A stretch of 64,000 nt of DNA, from the NCBI GenBank assembly GCA_963777945.1, contig CAVZSN010000011.1, positions 164,303-228,302 of the forward strand, written 5' to 3'. The stretch comes from an uncultured Actinomycetota bacterium. Its GTDB lineage: Bacteria; Actinomycetota; Thermoleophilia; RBG-16-64-13. This document shows positions 36,236 through 43,143 of this stretch, in pieces. Position numbers and translations under genes: made by a program. Position 1 is the stretch's first letter; each line of letters begins with the position of its first letter. A model generated the notes under the pieces. That model saw nothing but the letters and a program-made list of their open reading frames with translations, was not told the DNA's origin and ran no database searches.

Positions 36236-36892
36236 CTAGCGGGCCGGCTGAAGGACTACCGCTACCCGCTCCTTGGGCAGCGTGTCCCCCTCGACCTCGA
36301 TGCTCGATCCTGTCTTGCGCTCGACCGACTGCTGACTGCTCAGGAAAGGTTCCACTCCCTCGATAGGAAAGTCGACCTTGGCCGTCTTGTAGTGCATGGG
36401 TACGACGATACGGGGAGCAAGTGTCTCCACCACCCGAGCCGCCTGCCGGTGGTCGATGGTGAAGAAGCCCCCTACCGGCACCAGGAGGACATCGATGGCG
36501 CCGATGGCGGCGGCTGTCGCAGCATCAAGATCGTGGCCCAGATCGCCCAGGTGGACGACCCTCACGTCGCCGTCGTCGAAGACCATGATGGTGTTCCTGC
36601 CCCGGCTTCGCCCGCCTTCGGCGTCATGGGCGGCATCGATGCCCACGATATGCCAGGCCCCGACGGTCACGTCCCCGGGATGCACGAAGACCTGCGGCTT
36701 ACCCGGGATGGTGTCGACGGCGCCGTGGTCGTCGTGCTCGTGGCTGGCGGCCACCGCGTCGGCCGTCTCGTCGATGGCTCCATAGCGGAAGGCGCCGCCG
36801 AAGCACCCGCTGCGGTATGGATCGATGATCACCCGGGTGCCGTCCGCCGCTTCGAGTAAGAAGGACGAATGGGCGTAGTAGGTGAGTCTCAT
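36236..36892 (-). CDS. Metallo-beta-lactamase-fold hydrolase
   Basis: YAHSSFLL, IIDPY, SHEHDDH, HLGDLGH, LLVPVGG, VPMHY. Confidence 0.9.
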   Translation of the reverse strand: MRLTYYAHSSFLLEAADGTRVIIDPYRSGCFGGAFRYGAIDETADAVAASHEHDDHGAVDTIPGKPQVFVHPGDVTVGAWHIVGIDAAHDAEGGRSRGRNTIMVFDDGDVRVVHLGDLGHDLDAATAAAIGAIDVLLVPVGGFFTIDHRQAARVVETLAPRIVVPMHYKTAKVDFPIEGVEPFLSSQQSVERKTGSSIEVEGDTLPKERVAVVLQPAR

Positions 36893-37041
36893 GGCGAAGT
36901 CCTCCCGCATCGCCTCTGGATCCGATCACATAGGTTAGCGGAAAGAGCGAACGGGTAACAACCGGGGCGGACTGCCGTCGGCCGCGGCAGGGTTGGCGAA
37001 GTCACCCACCGTCGCCCTTGGCGGTCGACCCCGAGAGTGCT

Positions 37042-37063
37042 AATATACCCCACTGGGTATATT
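37042..37063. promoter_or_regulatory. Perfect palindrome AATATACCC-cact-GGGTATATT, CsoR/RcnR-family operator-like
   Basis: 9-bp inverted repeat with a TACCC-N4-GGGTA core, overlapping a TGcTAATAT -10-like box about 100 bp upstream of trxA. Confidence 0.7.
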
Positions 37064-37162
37064 GAGCCGGGCAGGGTGCGGCGTCGGCCGGTGTGCCGCC
37101 GACGCGCGTGTCGGCTAACATAACAAGGGTCGGCCCGCGGCCCTCAACAAAAGGAGACCAGC

Positions 37163-37489
37163 ATGAGCGGTGGGAGTGTGCAAGAGGTCAACGCGCAGGA
37201 ATTCGATCAGATCGTTTCTACTTCGACCGTCCCTGTGGTAGCGGACTTCTGGGCTCCCTGGTGCGGTCCGTGCCGCATGGTGGGTCCCGTCCTGGAGAAG
37301 ATGGCCGCCGACCACACCGACAAGGTGAGCGTCATCAAGATCAACGTCGACCTCAACCAGGAACTGGCCGCACGCTACGGGATCATGAGTATCCCCACGG
37401 TCATCCTGTTCAAAGATGGGAAGCTGGACAAGCAGCTCATCGGCGCCCGGCAGCAGAAAGACTACGAGAAAGAGTTCGGGATCGCCTGA
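37163..37489 (+). CDS. trxA: Thioredoxin
   Basis: DFWAPWCGPCRMVGP, IMSIPTVILFKDG; AAGGAG RBS. Confidence 0.95.
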   Translation: MSGGSVQEVNAQEFDQIVSTSTVPVVADFWAPWCGPCRMVGPVLEKMAADHTDKVSVIKINVDLNQELAARYGIMSIPTVILFKDGKLDKQLIGARQQKDYEKEFGIA

Positions 37490-37490
37490 G

Positions 37491-37850
37491 ATGGAACGGA
37501 CTGATGGGGAACGCATGGTCATAGTGGGCTCGCGCCGCATGGACGCCTGGCGTGGCGGTGGTTGACGGCCTTCACTATCTCTGGAGGAGATAACGGGCTA
37601 TCTGAACGACGATCTCGCCACCCGCATGCAGGGGGATCGGCCTCTCCGCTACGTCGACATCGACGATGCGGAACTCGGGGAGTATCCCCTGCTGTCTGAG
37701 GCCGTGGCCGGCCCCGGGCGAATACCGCTGGTGCTGGTGGGCGATGAGGTCAAGTCGCCCACGGGCATAAGCATCTACTGGGTCGAAGAACAGCTTGCCG
37801 GCCTGGGGGTGGAGCCCTTCGCGGTCCCCGCGGTCAAGGGAGGGAGTTAG
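37491..37850 (+). CDS. Candidate selenoprotein, small thioredoxin-like (YuzD/DUF1462-like pattern), UGA at 37563-37565
   Basis: In-frame MERTDGERMVIVGSRRMDAWRGGG-TGA-RPSLSLEEITGYLNDDLATRMQG..LRYVDID..YPLL..IPLVLVGDEVK; hairpin TATCTC(T)-GGA-(G)GAGATA at 37576-37592. Confidence 0.7.
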
Positions 37851-37855
37851 AAACG

Positions 37856-38083
37856 ATGGCTTCGTATGACTTGAGATGCTCTTCGTGCGGCAAGGACTTC
37901 GAGGTGTTCCTGCTCGGCTTCCTCAAAGACGACGCCAAGGTGTGTCCGGATTGTGGGAGTCGCAGTGTGGAACAGCGCTTCACCGGCTTCGGAGGGGTGA
38001 CGGGCCTGGTGTCGGGCGCCTGTCTCGATACGGGTCGTTGTCAGCCCAGCACGAGTTGCTCCCCCAGATCCGGCTTTAGCTGA
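37856..38083 (+). CDS. FmdB-family zinc-ribbon protein
   Basis: YDLRCSSCG.....CPDCGS; C-terminal SCSPRSGFS ends in TGA. Confidence 0.8.
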   Translation: MASYDLRCSSCGKDFEVFLLGFLKDDAKVCPDCGSRSVEQRFTGFGGVTGLVSGACLDTGRCQPSTSCSPRSGFS

Positions 38084-38179
38084 GCTAGCTGATCGAGGGG
38101 CCCGTGTGGCCCCTACGTGCGATAATACGCCGCGCTGCCGCCCCTCACATCGGGGCGGGGCGGGCGACCCGGAGGTGGG

Positions 38180-38995
38180 ATGTACCCGGAGCTGTTCCAC
38201 ATAGGCGGATTCACCATGAACTCCTTCGGGCTCATGATGGCTCTAGCCTTCATCTCCGCCGGGTTCGTGGCCCACTGGCAGTTCAAGCAGCGCGGGGTCA
38301 GGCCTGACTTCATTTACGGACTGCTCATCGCCGCGGTCGTCGGTGGGCTGCTAGGCGCCAAGATCCACTACCTCATCCTCCACCCGGATGAATGGCCGGG
38401 CAACCTGCTGAGCGGGGGCGGCCTGGTATGGTTCGGTGGTCTCTTCGGAGCCATCCTGGGAGTAGTCATCGTCACGAAGCTCTCCAAGGAGCGACTGGCT
38501 GCGGTCATGGATGCCGGGGCTATCGCCGTGTCGGTGGGCTATGCGGTGGGGCGGATGGGCTGCTTTCTCCGCGGCGACGACTACGGGGTCCCCACAGACC
38601 TGCCCTGGGGCATCGCTTTCCCCAACGGTCTTCCTCCGACCACCGAGCGGGTGCATCCCACCCAGCTCTACGAGATCGCCGGCTCTCTGGTCATCTTCGC
38701 GCTGCTCACCTGGGTGTTCTCGCCGCGCTTCAAGCGCGAAGGCCCCTTGATCTTCGTGTACGCGGTGCTGGCCGGCATTGCGCGACTCTTGGTGGAGTTC
38801 ATCCGCACCAACGAACCGGTGGCCCTTGGTCTCACCTCGCAGCAGTGGATCGCCGTGGCCATGATCGTCGTGGGTGTGATCGGCGCCTGGTACTTCGGCA
38901 CCCGAGGCCGGTTGCGCCCGGTCATCGAACCCAAGTCCTCAAAGGCGGTGAAGTCGGCGCCTTCGGCTGCCGCCTCGCGCGGCGGCAAGAAGTAG
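38180..38995 (+). CDS. lgt: Prolipoprotein diacylglyceryl transferase
   Basis: MYPELF, GGLLGAKIHY, GLVWFGG, GRMGCFLRGDDYG, HPTQLYE, RLLVEFIR. Confidence 0.93.
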   Translation: MYPELFHIGGFTMNSFGLMMALAFISAGFVAHWQFKQRGVRPDFIYGLLIAAVVGGLLGAKIHYLILHPDEWPGNLLSGGGLVWFGGLFGAILGVVIVTKLSKERLAAVMDAGAIAVSVGYAVGRMGCFLRGDDYGVPTDLPWGIAFPNGLPPTTERVHPTQLYEIAGSLVIFALLTWVFSPRFKREGPLIFVYAVLAGIARLLVEFIRTNEPVALGLTSQQWIAVAMIVVGVIGAWYFGTRGRLRPVIEPKSSKAVKSAPSAAASRGGKK

Positions 38996-39024
38996 CCGGC
39001 CGCAGGCATGCAGGAGGTGGGGCT

Positions 39025-39579
39025 TTGAAGAGGATCACTTCGGTCAGAGCGGTGGTCGCCGCTCTATTAATCGCGGCGCTGCTCGTCGGGCTGGGATCCA
39101 TCCTCGCTTCGTGCGGATCGGAGCCGGCGGCCGGGACTTCGTCTGGCGTCACGAGCCCGGGGTCCGACACCGGTGGCGCCGGAGCCCCTCAGTTCTCCGG
39201 GGTCACCCTCGACGGTGACATCGTCACACTGGACCAGTTCCGAGGGAAGCCGCTCCTGCTGGTCTACATGACCAGCGGCTGACCGGCCTGCCGGGAGGAG
39301 ATGCCCGAACTCGATAGGTTCTATCGAGAGAGTCCCGACAAAGCGGCGGTCCTGGCAGTTGCCCCGCCCTCGAGCGAAGGTGGCATGCGCGAACTCATGG
39401 CCGAAGGGGGGTACTCGTTCCCGGTCATGATCGACGGTGGAGACGTCGGCTCTCAGTATGGAGTCCGGTACGTGCCCACTCTCTTCGTCATCGATGCGGA
39501 GGGCAAGGTCGCACAGAAGATCGTGGGCGCAGTCGACGCCAACCGGCTCTCCCAGCTGGTCGATGACCTTTCCGGCTGA
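39025..39579 (+). CDS. Candidate selenoprotein TlpA/ResA-like thiol-disulfide oxidoreductase lipoprotein (UxxC), UGA at 39280-39282
   Basis: AGGAGG + TTG 39025; lipobox ILASC; APQFSGVTLDG..LDQFRGKPLLLVYMTSG-TGA-PACREEMPEL; YGVRYVPTLFVID; perfect hairpin at 39310-39328. Confidence 0.85.
39310..39328 (+). promoter_or_regulatory. SECIS-like hairpin
   Basis: CTCGATAG-GTT-CTATCGAG, a perfect 8-bp stem; the G-initiated loop starts 35 nt after the UGA. Confidence 0.6.
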
Positions 39580-40277
39580 ACTCGGTCTCACCGCGTTCCT
39601 GGTGGCTCTCGCTGCTGGGGCCGCCAGCTTCCTCAGTCCGTGTGTCCTGCCCCTCCTTCCCGCCTACCTCTCGTTCGTCTCGGGGCTGAGCGTCGAAGAG
39701 GTGGAGAAGGGCGACAGGCGGGTGCTGTGGAGCACCTTGGGCTTCGTTCTCGGGTTCTCCATCGTCTTCACGATCCTGGGCGCGGGTTTCTCCTATCTCG
39801 GCGGACTGAGCGAATCAGCGGGTGCTGGAGATCGTGGCGGGGGCCCTTCTCATCGTCCTGGGTGCCATCATCGCCGGAGCGACCGCGCCCTCTTTCATGC
39901 AACGAGACATGAGACCGTTCCTGGCGAAGGCCCCCCGGGGACCTGCCGGCGCGGTGATAGTGGGCATCGCATTCGCTCTCGGCTGGACTCCCTGCGTGGG
40001 CCCGGTCCTGGGTTCGATCCTGACCCTCGCGGCCTCGGGCAGCGACCCGGCGGCCGGAGCCGCTCTTCTCTTCGTGTACTCGTTGGGTCTGGGTATCCCG
40101 TTTCTCATCGCGGGACTTTTCGTGGGCAAAGCCCTGAGGGCCTTCGCGCGCATACGGCGTCATCTACGGACCATCCAGATCGTATGCGGAGTGCTGCTCA
40201 TCATCTACGGGGCGCTGCTCATCGGTGGCCAGTTCGGCTGGCTGGGGGATCGCTTGTCGGGCTGGATCATCTGGTAG
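39563..40277 (+). CDS. ccdA: Cytochrome c biogenesis / disulfide transporter CcdA (frameshift near 39815)
   Basis: ASFLSPCVLPLLPAYLSF and AFALGWTPCVGPVL, YSLGLGIPFL. Confidence 0.92.
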
Positions 40278-40437
40278 AAGGGGCACCGCTCCCAGGGCCC
40301 CGGCGGGCGGGGCATCGTCGCCGGTCACCAGGGGTGGGCGCCGGCGCCCACCCGGTGTATACTCCGTCGCTCGCGCCGTCCGCAAGAGGCGGCAGGATCG
40401 CACGGTCCTGTCCGGCGGCGTGTGTAGTATCCATACC

Positions 40438-40490
40438 ACCCCTGCTCCGGCAGTGAAGCCGGGGCCGCATAGACCGTAGGAGGTGACCCA
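40438..40490 (+). ncRNA. rpsF leader (S6:S18-binding autoregulatory RNA motif)
   Basis: CCTGCTCC-hairpin-GGCCGC.TAG.CC..AGGAGGTG layout matches the rpsF leader as I recall it from Bacillus; needs a covariance-model check. Confidence 0.6.
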
Positions 40491-40492
40491 AA

Positions 40493-40852
40493 CTGAACAG
40501 CTATGAGCTGGCTCTGATCCTGCGCACCGATGTGGAGGAGCAAGAGCGCACCGCGGTCCTCGACCGCATCAAAGAGATCATCACGGGTGACGGTGGCGCC
40601 ATCGTGAAGATCGACGAGTGGGGCAAGAGGCGTCTGGCTTACGAGATCAAAGACTCGTTCGACGGCGTCTACTACATCCTGTATTTCCAGGCCACTCCCA
40701 AGACGCTCGACGAGGTGACCCGGGTACTCGGCATCACCGACAGCGTCCTCCGCTTCATGCCCATCAAGCATGAGAAGCCGTTCGCGTTCCAGCAACCCGC
40801 GGCAACTCCGGCCGCGCCGGCAGCCCCGGCCGCGCCGGCCCCACAAGCCTAG
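40493..40852 (+). CDS. rpsF: 30S ribosomal protein S6
   Basis: NSYELALILR, WGKRRLAYEIK, GVYYIL, DSVLRFM; apparent CTG start 7 nt after GGAGGTG. Confidence 0.95.
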   Translation: MNSYELALILRTDVEEQERTAVLDRIKEIITGDGGAIVKIDEWGKRRLAYEIKDSFDGVYYILYFQATPKTLDEVTRVLGITDSVLRFMPIKHEKPFAFQQPAATPAAPAAPAAPAPQA

Positions 40853-40866
40853 CCGAAGGAGCGAAG

Positions 40867-41310
40867 ATGTCTCGCGGTTTTGCACGTGTGACTCTCGTGG
40901 GCAACCTGACCCGCGACCCCGAGCTCCGGCAGACGCCCGGCGGCACCTCGGTGTGCCAGTTCGGCGTCGCCGTCGGGCGCAGATACAAAGACGCGTCAGG
41001 CCAGTGGATCGACAAAGCGAGCTTCTTCGACGTGGTGGTATGGGGTCAGCAGGGTGAGAACTGCGCCCAGTACCTCAGCAAGGGCCGTCAGGTCGCCATC
41101 GACGGACGTCTGGATCAGCGTTCGTGGGAGGCCCAGGACGGCAGCAAGCGCAGCAAGGTGGAGATCATCGCCGAGAACGTCGTGTTCGTCGGCGGGCAGG
41201 GCGGCGAAACGCGCGAACCGGTCCACCGGGGCGGCGCACCGTCGGTGCCGGATACCACCCAGGACGATTTTCGTGACATCGATTTCGGGGGCGACGACAT
41301 ACCGTTCTAG
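40867..41310 (+). CDS. ssb: Single-stranded DNA-binding protein
   Basis: VTLVGNLTRDPELR, YLSKGRQVAIDGRL, C-terminal DDIPF. Confidence 0.97.
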   Translation: MSRGFARVTLVGNLTRDPELRQTPGGTSVCQFGVAVGRRYKDASGQWIDKASFFDVVVWGQQGENCAQYLSKGRQVAIDGRLDQRSWEAQDGSKRSKVEIIAENVVFVGGQGGETREPVHRGGAPSVPDTTQDDFRDIDFGGDDIPF

Positions 41311-41334
41311 TCGGTCGCCAAGGAGGTAGTAGAA

Positions 41335-41592
41335 GTGGCGAATCCCAAGAAGCAGCCGCGGCGCGTCCGGCCCACCACCGGTGGGCGCCGGCGCAAGTAC
41401 TGCTTTTTCTGCAAGGAGAACGTGGAAGAGGTCGACTACAAAGACTTCGGTACCCTACGCCGGTTCATGTCCGAGCGCGGCAAGATCCGGTCCCGGCGCA
41501 CGACCGGCGCATGCCGCCGTCACCAGCGTCAGGTGGCCATGGCCATCAAACGCGCCCGCGAAGTAGCACTTCTGCCTTACAGCAGCCGGTAG
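41335..41592 (+). CDS. rpsR: 30S ribosomal protein S18 (Zn-binding form)
   Basis: [38 protein letters not shown]. Confidence 0.97.
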   Translation: MANPKKQPRRVRPTTGGRRRKYCFFCKENVEEVDYKDFGTLRRFMSERGKIRSRRTTGACRRHQRQVAMAIKRAREVALLPYSSR

Positions 41593-41610
41593 CCCGGACT
41601 CGCCGGCTCA

Positions 41611-42591
41611 ATGAGCGCGCTCTCCCGGGCACCGCTTGTCTCCATGGGCAAGGCGGTGGCGGTCACAGTCATCATCGCGGCGCTAATGATCATCGTGCCT
41701 CTGGCACCGGTGATCCTCGCCCCATTCCTCGCGTTACCTCTCGCCTACGTCTTCGCGCGGCATGGTTGGCGCAGCGGGATGATCGTGGCGGTCCTGGCGA
41801 GCGTTCTTCTGTATTTCGGCGCCGGTATGGGGATGGCGTTCCTGGTGTTCCTCGTGCTCGCCAGCGCCGGCATGGTGCTGGGCGGGGCGGTGAGAGGGGG
41901 ATGGCGTTTCCCGCGCAGCCTCACCTTCATGACCGTCTCGCTGCTGGCGGCTCTGGTGGTCTTCGGGTTGGTGACGTGGCTCGTCTTCGGCCTCACACTC
42001 ACCGACCTCAAGCAGGCGTCGTACGATTCCATCGCCGATGCCGGCCGCCTCTACGGCGAGATGGGTCTCAACGCGACCACGGTCGACGCGGTGTCCGAGC
42101 AGATGCGCCGGCTGGTCGACATCTTTCCGTATCTGGTCCCGGGGTTCCTGGGCATGACCGTGATACTGGTAGCGGCGTCGATGCTCGGGCTCACGTACCT
42201 GATCTTTCCCCGGCTCAAGCACAAGGTGGCCGTCACCCTGTCTCTGTCCGGCTTCCGGATGCACTGGGCGGTGGCTTATGCCTCCATCCTGGGGCTGGCC
42301 CTGCTGCTCTTCTCCCGCGGAGACGGGGCATGGCGCTCGGTCCTTTTGTATGCCGGCATCGATATCCTTCTGGTCTCGCAGACCCTGTTCTTTCTGCAGG
42401 CCTTGGGGGTGCTCCGCTGGTTCGGGTGGGACCGCAAGTGGCAGCCGGGCTCGCGGACGGCGCTTTTCGTACTGGCAGTGGTGGCTCAGGGGCTCACTCA
42501 GCTCACGGGGCTGGTGGGACTCATGGACACATGGATCGACTATCGCAAACGTTTTGCCCTCAAGAGTCCAGGTCCGGGCTCGGCGGGGTGA
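41611..42591 (+). CDS. DUF2232/YybS-family membrane protein
   Basis: Multi-pass hydrophobic protein ending in GLMDTWIDYRKR; typical position between rpsR and rplI. Confidence 0.8.
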   Translation: MSALSRAPLVSMGKAVAVTVIIAALMIIVPLAPVILAPFLALPLAYVFARHGWRSGMIVAVLASVLLYFGAGMGMAFLVFLVLASAGMVLGGAVRGGWRFPRSLTFMTVSLLAALVVFGLVTWLVFGLTLTDLKQASYDSIADAGRLYGEMGLNATTVDAVSEQMRRLVDIFPYLVPGFLGMTVILVAASMLGLTYLIFPRLKHKVAVTLSLSGFRMHWAVAYASILGLALLLFSRGDGAWRSVLLYAGIDILLVSQTLFFLQALGVLRWFGWDRKWQPGSRTALFVLAVVAQGLTQLTGLVGLMDTWIDYRKRFALKSPGPGSAG

Positions 42592-42610
42592 CATCGAGAA
42601 GGAGTGACGC

Positions 42611-43072
42611 ATGGAGATAGTCCTGTTGCAGGATGTCGACAAGGTGGGCAAGAAGGGTGATGTGGCGAACGTATCCGAGGGATATGCCCGCAACTACCTC
42701 CTCCCCCGCAAGCTGGCCGAGATAGCTACACCCGGGCGTATCGCCCAGGTCCATAAGATCATGGAACAAAAAGCGGCTCACGCCCGCCGCGAGGCGGAAC
42801 AGGCCGATGAGACCCGCGACCTTCTGGCCAAGACCGTCCTCACCATCCCGGCGCCGGTGGGCTCCGGAGACCGGCTCTTCGGTTCCATCACCAATCAGGA
42901 CATAGCCACGGCGATCTTCGCGGCTCGCAAGATCCGGGTGGACAAGCGTAATGTGGACCTCGAAGAACCCATCAAGATGGTGGGCACGTACATGGTCAAG
43001 GTCGACGTCCACGACAGCGTCGAGCCGGCCGAGGTCAAGGTCATCGTGGTCCCGGAGGAGCACAAGAGCTAG
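42611..43072 (+). CDS. rplI: 50S ribosomal protein L9
   Basis: LLQDVDKVGKKGD..VSEGYARNYLLP, LFGSIT, EPIK.VG. Confidence 0.97.
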   Translation: MEIVLLQDVDKVGKKGDVANVSEGYARNYLLPRKLAEIATPGRIAQVHKIMEQKAAHARREAEQADETRDLLAKTVLTIPAPVGSGDRLFGSITNQDIATAIFAARKIRVDKRNVDLEEPIKMVGTYMVKVDVHDSVEPAEVKVIVVPEEHKS

Positions 43073-43143
43073 GCGGCAGCGGCTCGATGGCGGACCGAGG
43101 TTGATGGACTCGACTCCCTGGGGAGAGAGGGGCGGGTGTAGAG

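Noticed and set aside
40493-40495. Non-canonical CTG start for rpsF
   Set aside because: Loss of one T from CTTG would produce this, and such deletions are common in this sequence.
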